This document shows, piece after piece, positions 29,424 to 39,236 of a stretch of 64,000 nucleotides of DNA. A program made the position numbers and the translations under genes. A model generated the notes under the pieces. It had not been told where the DNA came from. It saw only the letters and a program-made list of their open reading frames with translations, and searched no databases. Positions within the stretch are counted from its first letter, which is position 1, and the number at the start of each line of letters is the position of its first letter. Source of the DNA: an uncultured Methanosarcinales archaeon (lineage in GTDB: Archaea > Nanobdellota > Nanobdellia > Woesearchaeales > JABIAG01); contig CAZJAJ010000002.1 of the NCBI GenBank assembly GCA_964544335.1, positions 3,013-67,012 on the forward strand, in the 5' to 3' direction.

Positions 29424-31862
29424 ATGGAGCTACCAAAACACTACGATCCAAAAGAGTCAGAACCAAAGTGGATGCAGTTCTGGGAATCACAAAAAATCAA
29501 CGCATTTGACCCAGAAGATACATCTAGAGAAATCTTCTCAATAGATACACCTCCACCGACTGTTTCAGGTAAAATGCATATGGGTCACGCATTTGGAAAT
29601 TCTCAGCAAGATTTTATTGCACGATTTAAACGAATGCAAGGATACAATGTTCTGCAACCATTTGGAACAGATGATAATGGTCTTCCAACAAAATTACTGA
29701 TTGAAAAAACAAAAAAAGTGAGTGCATCCAAAATGGACCGAAAAGAGTTTGTTGAGCTCGTACTCAAAACACTCAAAGAAGAACTTAGACCAGCATACAC
29801 ACAAGACTGGAAGCGATTAGGGATCAGTTGCGATTTTAACGTATCTTACACCACTATTAATGAACACTGTCAAAGAATATCCCAACAATCATTCATTGAG
29901 CTCTACAAGAAAGGAAGACAATACCGTGTAGAAGCACCTGCAATGTACTGTCCAAAATGTCAAACAGCAATCTCTCAAGTAGAATTAGAAGATCTTGAAG
30001 AACCATCAACCTTTAACACCATCATATTCAAAGCAGAAGGTGAAGACCTACAAATAGCAACCACAAGACCAGAATTACTTCCTGCATGTGTTGCAATCTT
30101 CTACCATCCTGAAGACAAACGATACCAACATTTAGAAGGAAAGACTGCAACTTCTCCTCTATTTAATCAACCAGTAACGATTATGCCAGACACTGGTGCA
30201 GATCCAGAAAAAGGAACAGGTCTAGTAATGTGTTGTACCTTTGGTGATCAAAAAGACACCGAGTGGCAGCGAGCACACCAATTGCCAATCAAAGTAGCCA
30301 TTAACAAATACGGTAAAATGACTGATATTGCAGGTACATACGAAGGACTCAAAGTAAAAGATGCACGAGCAAAAATAATTGAAGACCTCAAAGCAGCAAA
30401 TCTGCTTACAGAAGAAAAGCCAATTACTCACACAGTAAATGTACACGAACGATGTGGAACACCAATAGAATTTGTACACTCAAAACAATGGTTCATCAAA
30501 TACCTTGACAAAAAAGACGACATGCTCAAATGGGGAGAAGAACTCAATTGGTTCCCATCTCACATGAAAACACGATATGATAACTGGGCAAAAGGACTGC
30601 AATGGGATTGGCTCATTTCAAGACAATTACCTTTTGGTATTCCATTCCCAGTATGGTACTGTGGTGATTGCGATGAAGTAATTATTGCAAACGAAGAATC
30701 ACTCCCGGTAGATCCAACCGTAGATAGATGCCCTCTTGATACCTGTCCAAAATGTTCATCAGGTAACATCATCCCTGAAACTGATATCATCAACACCTGG
30801 GCAACCTCATCACTCACGCCAACTATTGTAAAAGAACTCTTCAAAGACAAACCAGTCTATGACATTCTAAAAAGCAAACCAATGGATCTTCGTCCACAAG
30901 GACACGATATCATCTCATTCTGGCTCTTTAATACCGTCGTGAAAAGTCAACTCCATTATGACATGAAACCATGGAACGACTGCTTCATTAATGGATGGAT
31001 GCTTGATCCAAACGGCAAAAAAATGTCTAAATCAAAAGGAAACATCATAGAGCCACGAGATATGATCGACAAATACTCAGCAGATGCACTACGGTTCATG
31101 GCAGCAGGAAGTAAAGTAGGAGAAGACCTACCATTCCAAGAAAAAGATCTCCTTGCAGGAAAGAAAACTGCAACAAAACTTTGGAATGCATCCAAGTTTG
31201 TTATCATGCAACTAGAAGGATACACACCATCTACAGAAACACCAAAAGAACTTCGTGTAGTGGACAAGTGGCTCCTATCAAAACTATCAAAACTCGTAAA
31301 AACATCAACAGAATTCTATGAGAACTATGAGTATGCACGAGCAAAACTTGAAACAGATAATCTATTCTGGCAAGACTTTTGTGATATGTATCTAGAACTT
31401 GTAAAAGATAGAACCTACAATCCAGATGGCTGGGAAAGTGGAGAAAAAGAGGCTGGACAGTACACACTCTACATCGCACTTGACACACTCCTAAAACTCT
31501 TTGCACCAGTAATGCCATTTATTACAGAAGAAGTATACCAACTCTATTTCAAACAATTTGCAGAAAAAGAAAGTATTCACATCACGCAGTGGCCAAAAAC
31601 AGACAATCTCCGTGTTGATGATGAAGCAGAACTCATTGGTGATGCACTCATAGAAATTGTGCAAGCTGTACGAAAAGAAAAATCAACAGCGCAACTGAGT
31701 ATGAAAGCACCAATTAAAAAATTATACGTGAGCTGCGACCTTGAAGAAACACAATTTATGACAATCACAAAAGAAATTCAAAAATCACTACAAGTAGAAG
31801 ACATAGTGTACACAAAAGGGGCATTAGAAATAAAGGTAGAATTTGATAATGATCAGCAATGA
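29424..31862 (+). CDS. valS: Valine--tRNA ligase
   Basis: DTPPPTVSGKMHMGH, ATTRPE, GTGLVMCCTFGD, DWLISRQ, KMSKS. Confidence 0.96.
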   Translation: MELPKHYDPKESEPKWMQFWESQKINAFDPEDTSREIFSIDTPPPTVSGKMHMGHAFGNSQQDFIARFKRMQGYNVLQPFGTDDNGLPTKLLIEKTKKVSASKMDRKEFVELVLKTLKEELRPAYTQDWKRLGISCDFNVSYTTINEHCQRISQQSFIELYKKGRQYRVEAPAMYCPKCQTAISQVELEDLEEPSTFNTIIFKAEGEDLQIATTRPELLPACVAIFYHPEDKRYQHLEGKTATSPLFNQPVTIMPDTGADPEKGTGLVMCCTFGDQKDTEWQRAHQLPIKVAINKYGKMTDIAGTYEGLKVKDARAKIIEDLKAANLLTEEKPITHTVNVHERCGTPIEFVHSKQWFIKYLDKKDDMLKWGEELNWFPSHMKTRYDNWAKGLQWDWLISRQLPFGIPFPVWYCGDCDEVIIANEESLPVDPTVDRCPLDTCPKCSSGNIIPETDIINTWATSSLTPTIVKELFKDKPVYDILKSKPMDLRPQGHDIISFWLFNTVVKSQLHYDMKPWNDCFINGWMLDPNGKKMSKSKGNIIEPRDMIDKYSADALRFMAAGSKVGEDLPFQEKDLLAGKKTATKLWNASKFVIMQLEGYTPSTETPKELRVVDKWLLSKLSKLVKTSTEFYENYEYARAKLETDNLFWQDFCDMYLELVKDRTYNPDGWESGEKEAGQYTLYIALDTLLKLFAPVMPFITEEVYQLYFKQFAEKESIHITQWPKTDNLRVDDEAELIGDALIEIVQAVRKEKSTAQLSMKAPIKKLYVSCDLEETQFMTITKEIQKSLQVEDIVYTKGALEIKVEFDNDQQ

Positions 31863-32856
31863 TGCGATACTACACATGCTCACACAAAACATGGGTTACA
31901 AGCCCGAAGAAGAAATAGTAATTCTCACGCAAGACTGGACTGAAGAATTTGGTGAAGATACCAAATGGAGATTTGAAGACACACAAACCTGTGCACGAAA
32001 AATCCAAGAAGTCTTTGCAGAAAACAATATCCCTTGCAGATTCATCACATACATTCCAGTACAAAAAGGGCCAGCTATAAATCCACCTGCAGACATTGCA
32101 GAAATAATTGGAACACCGGGCATCGTATTCATGATCACCGCATACTCTCTTTCCTGGACGAGTTTTAGAAAACAGCTCTCAAAAACAGGAACAAGAGTGG
32201 CATCAATGCCAGGATTCTCACTTGACATGTTTAACATGCACGGACCAATGGATGTAGATTTTGAAACCATAGAATCCTACACTACATCAATGTTTGATAA
32301 ACTAAAGAAAGCATCATATGTCCACATCACAGGAAAAGGAACAGACATTACCATTCAAGTAAACAAACAACTTGTACACGCATCATCAGGAGATCTGAGT
32401 TTTAAAGGAGCATTTGGAAATTTACCTGGCGCAGAAACCTATTGTATTCCACTCTTTGAAGGAAACAGTAATGGATATTTTACTGTTCCAAAAGGATGGG
32501 GCGGTATGAAAGCACTAGAATGTGATGTTACCTTCCACATAGAAAACGGACGTTTCACCAAAGCAATAGCAATCGATCCTGCAAGACAATCCTATGTGGA
32601 AAAAGAAGTACACCCCATTCTCTTTGGTCAAAAGAACTTTGACGTTCTAGCAGAACTAGGCATTGGAACCAATCCAAATGTAACGCCCGCATACATTAAA
32701 GAACACGGGTGGTCAACGCTCCTTGCAGAAAAAATATTTGGATCAGCACACTTTGCAAACGGAAACAGCGCAGGAATGGGCGGAGAAAACGACGTTCCCA
32801 TGCACCAAGACTGGGTAGTACCAAATGTAGATATTGAATTTAGGAGTGAAGAATAG
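31849..32856 (+). CDS. Aminopeptidase (M29/AmpS-like metallopeptidase)
   Basis: GNLPGAE, LAELGIGTN, EKIFGSAHFANG, HQD metal-ligand pattern; start TTG 31843 or ATG 31849. Confidence 0.85.
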   Translation: MISNDAILHMLTQNMGYKPEEEIVILTQDWTEEFGEDTKWRFEDTQTCARKIQEVFAENNIPCRFITYIPVQKGPAINPPADIAEIIGTPGIVFMITAYSLSWTSFRKQLSKTGTRVASMPGFSLDMFNMHGPMDVDFETIESYTTSMFDKLKKASYVHITGKGTDITIQVNKQLVHASSGDLSFKGAFGNLPGAETYCIPLFEGNSNGYFTVPKGWGGMKALECDVTFHIENGRFTKAIAIDPARQSYVEKEVHPILFGQKNFDVLAELGIGTNPNVTPAYIKEHGWSTLLAEKIFGSAHFANGNSAGMGGENDVPMHQDWVVPNVDIEFRSEE

Positions 32857-33378
32857 ATGGATGTTGTAAAACCAATTGCACGATTTGCAGGAGTTATTCT
32901 AGTTAATATTGACTTTCGCTTTCTCTTTCAAGATAGAAAAGAAAAATCAAAACATGGTGAGCAAGTAACACTCTTTAGTGGTAGAGTAGAAAATGGTGAA
33001 ACTGATGAAGAATGTATGTTTAGAGAAGGAGGAGAAGAATTTGGTATGTCTAATTTAGAATTACTTCCATTTGATAGTTCTTTTATTCCACCTGGATATC
33101 ATATCAATGGTAAACCCTATAGGAATGTGCACATGACAACCTATTTGCATATGAGAATGGTAAACGTGGATGAAATGATTTTTCCAGAAGGTGATGTGCC
33201 GCTATTGGTATCACAACATGAACTAGCAGATCTCATTCCAATTACATATCCATCAAATAGACCAACAATAAAAAAGATGCAAGAAATTAACCCTTTAGCA
33301 CTCTTGGACCAGTATCACTATCTTCAACCACATATCCTAACGCCGCAATCTCATCACGCAATGTATCGGCACGGGTAA
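32857..33378 (+). CDS. Nudix hydrolase
   Basis: Nudix box GRVENGETDEECMFREGGEEFG. Confidence 0.8.
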   Translation: MDVVKPIARFAGVILVNIDFRFLFQDRKEKSKHGEQVTLFSGRVENGETDEECMFREGGEEFGMSNLELLPFDSSFIPPGYHINGKPYRNVHMTTYLHMRMVNVDEMIFPEGDVPLLVSQHELADLIPITYPSNRPTIKKMQEINPLALLDQYHYLQPHILTPQSHHAMYRHG

Positions 33379-34675
33379 AGTCTTTTTGTGCACGTGCATC
33401 TTCACGTTCTTGTACTTTTTTCATAATTTCTTCAGGAACATCAACAACCGTTTCTTCAAAATCATTCATCCCAAGACCAAGCACATCATCAAAACGAAGC
33501 AACACTTCAAGCTTCTTCTTATCACCCATGTCAGAATCAATGACTTCCCACATCACAGCAAGTGCTTGTGGCATATTAATATCATCAGAAATAGCTTTCT
33601 CAAACTTACCAAAGTAAAGTAGCGCATCCCCAGAATCATCATCTGATGTTCTATAAGAAAGCACTTTCTTCTTAAGCTTTTCAAATGCATTCTTTGCACT
33701 ATCCAGTGCTTCAAACGTAAAGTTAAGCACCATGCGATAATGTGCAGTCATACAAAAGTATCGATAATGCAGTGGATCATATCCTTTCTCTTCAAGTGTC
33801 TGCACCGTAAGAAAATTTCCTTCAGATTTTGCCATTTTCCCACCATCAACTTTCAAGAAAGCACTATGCATCCAGAAATTCACCCAAGGGTGATTCCCAA
33901 AGCAGCATTCAGATTGTGCGATCTCATTCGTATGATGTACAGGAATATGATCAGTACCACCTGTGTGAATATCAATGTGCTCTCCAAGAAGAGCATGTGA
34001 CATAGCACTACATTCAATGTGCCATCCCGGATATCCAGTTCCCCAAGGACTATCCCATTTCATTTCTTGATCATCAAATTTAGATTTAGTAAACCATAAT
34101 ACAAAATCACGTCTATTTTTCTTATTACTGTCCTCTTCAACACGTGCTTGCATATCTTCCTCAGGAGGAAGTTTTGCAAGTTCAGTATAAGAAGTAAATT
34201 TGGATGTATCAAAATACACATTCCCGCCAGCAGTATACGTAAATCCTTTTTCTTCAAGTGTTGTAATCATATCAATCATGTCTTGAATGTGATCAGTAGC
34301 CTTAGGCATAGATTCAGGAACAAGCATGTTCAGTTTTTCAACATCCTTCATGAATGCATTGGTATAAAATGATGCAATATCCCAAACCGTTTTACCTTCA
34401 CGGCGAGCGCCTTTGAGCATCTTATCCTCGCCCTCATCAGCATCACTCACCAAGTGCCCAACATCCGTGATATTCATCACATCCTTTACTTCAAAACCCT
34501 TGTATGCAAGCACTCTCTTGAGAATATCTGCAAAAATAAATGATCTATGATTTCCAATATGTGCATAATTATACACTGTAGGCCCACAGGAGTATACCGT
34601 TACCGTCTCAGATAGTGGTACAAATTTCTCAACTGCTCGTGTGCGCGTATTATATAGTGTCAAATCAATAGTCAT
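33287..34675 (-). CDS. cysS: Cysteine--tRNA ligase
   Basis: YSCGPTVY, HIGN, PGWHIECSAM, DIHTGG, HHTNE, KMAKS; true start probably ATG 34675 (MTIDLTLYNT), with a TATA at ~34697-34704. Confidence 0.96.
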   Translation of the reverse strand: MTIDLTLYNTRTRAVEKFVPLSETVTVYSCGPTVYNYAHIGNHRSFIFADILKRVLAYKGFEVKDVMNITDVGHLVSDADEGEDKMLKGARREGKTVWDIASFYTNAFMKDVEKLNMLVPESMPKATDHIQDMIDMITTLEEKGFTYTAGGNVYFDTSKFTSYTELAKLPPEEDMQARVEEDSNKKNRRDFVLWFTKSKFDDQEMKWDSPWGTGYPGWHIECSAMSHALLGEHIDIHTGGTDHIPVHHTNEIAQSECCFGNHPWVNFWMHSAFLKVDGGKMAKSEGNFLTVQTLEEKGYDPLHYRYFCMTAHYRMVLNFTFEALDSAKNAFEKLKKKVLSYRTSDDDSGDALLYFGKFEKAISDDINMPQALAVMWEVIDSDMGDKKKLEVLLRFDDVLGLGMNDFEETVVDVPEEIMKKVQEREDARAQKDFTRADTLRDEIAALGYVVEDSDTGPRVLKG

Positions 34676-34718
34676 ACTCCAAAGAGGCCCCTTCGATTTA
34701 TATATTTTGTTTAGATAG

Positions 34719-34736
34719 AAACAAAAAAAGAAAAAA
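34719..34736 (-). terminator. Oligo-T terminator after leuA
   Basis: TTTTTTCTTTTTTTGTTT on the minus strand just after the leuA stop. Confidence 0.55.
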
Positions 34737-34751
34737 TAGCTCCTATCGACC

Positions 34752-36269
34752 CTACTCATCCATTCGATGTAATCTAATATATTCCAGACGATTACATCCA
34801 TCCACAAAGGCCTCTGCAGCACTCGTAACCACATCAGAAGACTGAGATCGTCCCACAACCTCATATCTTCCATCACTCATTACCACCTGTGAACGACCTT
34901 CTGCTTTAGATCCACTTCCTTGTGAACGTACAAGAAAATCAACAATATGGTACTCCCTGCCAATCACAGATCTAATTCCTTGCACAAGTGCATCTATCTG
35001 TCCATTTCCTGCGGAGTATGCTGTTGTATTACTTCCATTTGCATGCATGCACACATATGCACCAAATCCACCATTGATCACGGGATGAAATTGTTCAAGT
35101 GCATACACGGCATCAATACCATCTCCATGGACTGATCGAACAACATCTGCATCATCAATTTCTTTTTGCTCATCAGCAATTGCAAAAAATCGCTGAGCAC
35201 ATGATGCAAAATTCTCATCACTTACTTCAATACCAAGAGCAGCATATTTTCCACGAAGTGCATGTGAACCTGATCGTGCACCAAACGTAAGTACGCTCTT
35301 CACACCATATGCATCAGGATTCATGATCTCATATGTAGATGCATCTTTAATCATGCCATCTTGATGTATCCCTGCTTCATGCGCAAACGCATTCTTTCCC
35401 ACAATAGCTTTATTGGGCTGTGGATACACGCCCGTAATTGCACTCACAAGTCGACTCGTTGGACCAATCTCTTTTGTATTAACACTACAATACACACCAC
35501 CTGGTGATCGCTCAGTAATAATGGCAACCATTTCTTCAAGTGATGTATTCCCTGCTCGCTCTCCAATCCCATTAACCGTAACTTCAATTTGGCGAGCACC
35601 TGCCATCACTGCAGCAAGTGTAGTTGCTGTTGCAAGACCCAAGTCATTATGATTGTGTACAGAAAAAATAGCATCAAGTCCATCCTTTCGCACACTACTA
35701 ATCACTTGAGAAAATAGTTCATAGCACTCATGTGGCATCAAGTACCCAACAGTATCGGGCAAATTAATAGTGCTTGCACCAGCACGAATCGCTTCCTTAA
35801 CCACAGCAGTAGTATATGAAATATCAGAACGACCAAAATCTTCACAAGAAAATTCTACATCATCTGTAAACTCTCTTGCATATCTAATGGCATTCACTGC
35901 TTGCTCAAAAACCCAATCTCTATCTTTTCTAAACTTACCACTGATGTGGTTGTCACTGGTTGCAATAAAGGTATGAATTCTTCCCTTCGCAGCAGGTGCA
36001 ATTGCTTTTGCAGCAGCTGCAATGTCTCCCTTCACTGCGCGTGAAAGAGAACAAATAGTAGGACCACCATTCCCTCCAACTTCTCGTGCAATTCGTGCAA
36101 TCGATTCAGCATCTCCAACTGATGAAGCAGCAAAACCTGCCTCAATAATATCTACTCCTAATGTTGCTAATTGCCTAGCAATTGCAATTTTCTCATCACC
36201 AAACATATGAAATCCAGATGCCTGCTCTCCATCTCGTAAGGTGGTATCAAATATTCTAATTTGCTTCAT
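34752..36269 (-). CDS. leuA: 2-isopropylmalate synthase
   Basis: DTTLRDGEQ, HNHNDLGLA, GIGERAGN, AHEAGIHQDG and C-terminal regulatory domain (GNGQIDAL). Confidence 0.92.
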   Translation of the reverse strand: MKQIRIFDTTLRDGEQASGFHMFGDEKIAIARQLATLGVDIIEAGFAASSVGDAESIARIAREVGGNGGPTICSLSRAVKGDIAAAAKAIAPAAKGRIHTFIATSDNHISGKFRKDRDWVFEQAVNAIRYAREFTDDVEFSCEDFGRSDISYTTAVVKEAIRAGASTINLPDTVGYLMPHECYELFSQVISSVRKDGLDAIFSVHNHNDLGLATATTLAAVMAGARQIEVTVNGIGERAGNTSLEEMVAIITERSPGGVYCSVNTKEIGPTSRLVSAITGVYPQPNKAIVGKNAFAHEAGIHQDGMIKDASTYEIMNPDAYGVKSVLTFGARSGSHALRGKYAALGIEVSDENFASCAQRFFAIADEQKEIDDADVVRSVHGDGIDAVYALEQFHPVINGGFGAYVCMHANGSNTTAYSAGNGQIDALVQGIRSVIGREYHIVDFLVRSQGSGSKAEGRSQVVMSDGRYEVVGRSQSSDVVTSAAEAFVDGCNRLEYIRLHRMDE

Positions 36270-36290
36270 TATACTATCTCCTATAATGAA
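36265..36290 (-). promoter_or_regulatory. 9-bp hairpin enclosing the leuA RBS and start codon
   Basis: TTCATTATA-GGAGATAG-TATAATGAA, perfect inverted repeat with the ATG in the 3' arm. Confidence 0.55.
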
Positions 36291-36334
36291 TACATTGTGT
36301 TAATGTGTAAGTGTAAACAACAACTAAGACAAAA

Positions 36335-36424
36335 CTATCTCAGCAGCAGTAGAAGAAGGAGCAGAAGCGTAGAACTAGATGCATGGGTTTGTACAGTTTT
36401 TTTTGGAATATATGTTTGTTTCAT
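36335..36424 (-). CDS. Leucine-rich leader peptide 2 (29 aa: MKQTYIPKKTVQTHASSSTLLLLLLLLLR)
   Basis: AAGGAGG SD upstream of the ATG; nine consecutive CTN Leu codons at 36341-36367; stop 65 nt before leuA. Confidence 0.8.
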   Translation of the reverse strand: MKQTYIPKKTVQTHASSSTLLLLLLLLLR

Positions 36425-36472
36425 TTGTTATGTCCTCCTTCAATTACGATTGAATGAATAGTAATATAGAAA

Positions 36473-36532
36473 TTAACAGAGCAGCAGAGCTAGTAATGAA
36501 AGACTCATTCTAGCAGGTGTTGCATATCTCAT
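36473..36532 (-). CDS. Leucine-rich leader peptide 1 (19 aa: MRYATPARMSLSLLALLLC)
   Basis: 6 Leu in the last 9 sense codons; ATG 22 nt downstream of TTTATATA, consistent with a leaderless start. Confidence 0.65.
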   Translation of the reverse strand: MRYATPARMSLSLLALLLC

Positions 36533-36554
36533 ACACACAAGAAAACATACAGAA

Positions 36555-36562
36555 TATATAAA
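36555..36562 (-). promoter_or_regulatory. TATA box for the leader-peptide/leuA transcript
   Basis: TTTATATA directly after the stop of the U32 gene. Confidence 0.6.
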
Positions 36563-36563
36563 T

Positions 36564-38759
36564 TTAACCCACGCCCATTCTAAATGGTTTGAGTGTAGTT
36601 CCTTTCTTTAGTAAAGAAAGATCTTGTTTTTCACCATTAATGATGCCTTGATATGCACCAATTAACTCCTCGACATTTTGTTCAAGATCTAAAAAGAAGT
36701 ACATGATGCCCGCATCAATCAAGTCACGAACATGCTCAAGCGTTGCAAATGGCCGTGAATGTAACATCTCTGTATTCCCATTCACAATACGCAAAGGAAA
36801 GACATACTCTTTTTCATCTCTAAGTACTCGTTGATCATACACGCCCTTAAAGTGCATCACAGGAATACGACCATGCGCATAATACATGAAATCTTTATTC
36901 TTAAGTCGGCATACTTGCTGTCCACTGAGTTCAATAGAAATCATTGGTAAAACACCATGCTCTTGCAGCCAAGATAGAGAGAGATCATTAAATGTATTCA
37001 ATGAATATTTACCATGCTTCACACCATCATATGCGGTGGCCATACCAAGATTACCTACCATAATACCATCGGGTTTTACTTTCCCAATAATGTCAAGTGC
37101 TCGAGTAATGTCATCATCGCTCATTACAACAGGAGTGTCCAAAAAGAATTGTGTTTTTTCACATGCCTTTCTTGCATCCATCACATCTGGTGCAAACACA
37201 TCATAATACACACATGAAACACCCATCTTATCTGCCTGCATAACATCTGGAACACGATACAATTTTGTCATAAGTACGGGAGCAGAAGCAGAACTCTTCT
37301 TCTCTTCGCACACAATCTCCTCTCGAAGAGATGATCGATCAGGAAGGTAATGCGTCTCAACAACCTCAATAAGTTGCTTTCGAAGTTCAGTTTGTTTTGA
37401 TCGAGGAAAAAATAACGCTCCCTCAATCTCACAAGACTCAATTGCAAACACCACAAGAGGATCTTTTGCAAAGACCTCATCAAGATGTTCTTTAGAAAGT
37501 GCATGTTTATCACTCTCTTCAAGAATAAAATCCGATACAACCGTTTCTCCTTCAATCTCAACAGTAACACCTTCTCCCTTTTTTGCTCTAACAGAAACAG
37601 GAATCACTTTTTTCCCAAGTGTCTTATAGGGTTTATCGCCCGATCCACGAGAAGTCAAAAATACGGTTGCACCATTCATAAACTGCCGTGAAGGAATCGT
37701 AATCACATCACCTTTAGATGCGTGTTCAACTTCCTTTCCGTTAACTAAAATCTTATTCACTAAAAAACCCGAGAGTTTCCCATCATTACGTGCATGCCAA
37801 ATACTCACACCGTCCCATACAGAAAGATCATGTGCTAAGTGAAGTTCTTTATTCTTCACCACACCAAGTTTAATCCCTCGATTCATAGGAAGATCTTTTC
37901 CAACAATACTTCCTACATTATTATAAAATCCTTGCGTATATTCTCGATTAAATCCCATCTTCATAAGATCTATTTCTTCATTACTCACTGTTCGATCAAC
38001 ACCTTTTTCTGCAGCATCAACTTGCGTTCGATATACCTGCGTAACTGTTCCAACATACTCTGCATTTTTCATACGACCTTCAATCTTAATACTATCAACA
38101 CCAAGATCATACAAACTTTTCACAGAGTCACTCAAATTAAGATCTTTTGCACTAATAAGATATCCAATACCATTGTATTTTTTCCTACAGCTACTTGCAC
38201 AAACACCACGATTACCACTTCGACTTCCAATCATGGAACTAATAAGACACTGACCAGAATAAGAAATACACAAATGTCCATGAACAAATACTTCCAGTTT
38301 CTTTTCGGTATGTGAGCGAACAAGTTGAATCTGCTCTTTAGTAAGTTCTCTTGCAAGTACATACAAATCAAACTCTTCAAGCCATGCAAGACTATGATAA
38401 TTCATCACACTTGCTTGCGTTGAAGCATGGACTTCAAGTCCAGGAAACATCTTTTTGATACGAGCAGCAAAAGAAACTTCTTGAATAATAACAGCATCAA
38501 TCCCTGCAAGATATGCTTTCTCAAGTGCCTTAAACCACGAGTTCATTTCATTGTCTCGAACAAGGGTATTCATAGTAAGATACACCTTCACACCATGTAA
38601 ATGTGCTTGAAGAACCACCTGCTTAAGTCCAGAAAGCTTGAAATTTTGAGCAAAACGACGTGCATTAAAGAGACTCACACCTAGATAGACGGCATCTGCA
38701 CCATTGGCAATTGCAACCTCTAAATTCTCTTGACACCCTACAGGACTTAGTACTTCCAT
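36564..38759 (-). CDS. U32 peptidase family protein (RlhA-like RNA hydroxylase)
   Basis: GADAVYLG, HASTQ, LAREL, HGHLCISYSGQC...NRGVCASSCR, SIKIEGRMK; long C-terminal extension. Confidence 0.88.
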   Translation of the reverse strand: MEVLSPVGCQENLEVAIANGADAVYLGVSLFNARRFAQNFKLSGLKQVVLQAHLHGVKVYLTMNTLVRDNEMNSWFKALEKAYLAGIDAVIIQEVSFAARIKKMFPGLEVHASTQASVMNYHSLAWLEEFDLYVLARELTKEQIQLVRSHTEKKLEVFVHGHLCISYSGQCLISSMIGSRSGNRGVCASSCRKKYNGIGYLISAKDLNLSDSVKSLYDLGVDSIKIEGRMKNAEYVGTVTQVYRTQVDAAEKGVDRTVSNEEIDLMKMGFNREYTQGFYNNVGSIVGKDLPMNRGIKLGVVKNKELHLAHDLSVWDGVSIWHARNDGKLSGFLVNKILVNGKEVEHASKGDVITIPSRQFMNGATVFLTSRGSGDKPYKTLGKKVIPVSVRAKKGEGVTVEIEGETVVSDFILEESDKHALSKEHLDEVFAKDPLVVFAIESCEIEGALFFPRSKQTELRKQLIEVVETHYLPDRSSLREEIVCEEKKSSASAPVLMTKLYRVPDVMQADKMGVSCVYYDVFAPDVMDARKACEKTQFFLDTPVVMSDDDITRALDIIGKVKPDGIMVGNLGMATAYDGVKHGKYSLNTFNDLSLSWLQEHGVLPMISIELSGQQVCRLKNKDFMYYAHGRIPVMHFKGVYDQRVLRDEKEYVFPLRIVNGNTEMLHSRPFATLEHVRDLIDAGIMYFFLDLEQNVEELIGAYQGIINGEKQDLSLLKKGTTLKPFRMGVG

Positions 38760-38843
38760 TGTAAAATTGCGTTTAACCCAACCAAGGTAGTGAATCCCCC
38801 GAACCTTTATAAAGGTTCTTTCAATCCCTACTCTGGTGATATT

Positions 38844-39236
38844 ATGGAAAAAATCGAACTAAAAACCATTCATTCCTTTAGACGAGCAAAGAGCGACATC
38901 ATTGATCTACAAAGTAAAGTTATCGAACTTGGCGTTGCCCAAAAACGACTACTTGGAAAAATTGCATCAATGGATGAAGAACACAGAAAAGTACTTCGTG
39001 AACTTGCTCTAGTAAAATTACAAAAGCGAGTTGCAGAAAAAAGAGCAGAGCAAAAAACTACGCAAAGAGCAGCTCCAAAAAGAACCACATACATTGCATC
39101 AAAAGAAGGCAAGAAATTTCACGTAAAAAATTGCCCATACGCACAAAACATTAAGCCAAAATTAGCACAAACATTCAAAACAAAAACAAAGCCGCTAAAC
39201 CTTGGACTTAAGCCGTGTAATTGTGTAAAGAACTAG
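38844..39236 (+). CDS. Hypothetical protein: coiled coil plus C-terminal Zn-binding (Ada-like) domain
   Basis: GGTGAT RBS before ATG 38844; YIASKEGKKFH..NC.YA..I...LKPC.C. Confidence 0.7.
   Translation: MEKIELKTIHSFRRAKSDIIDLQSKVIELGVAQKRLLGKIASMDEEHRKVLRELALVKLQKRVAEKRAEQKTTQRAAPKRTTYIASKEGKKFHVKNCPYAQNIKPKLAQTFKTKTKPLNLGLKPCNCVKN

Noticed and set aside
34676-34876. N-terminal extension of the cysS ORF
   Set aside because: Runs through the leuA 3' end, a T-tract and a TATA box; homology starts at MTIDLTLYNT
36261-36461. Plus-strand 66-aa ORF (SSSRRRSRS)
   Set aside because: Antisense shadow of the Leu-codon leader
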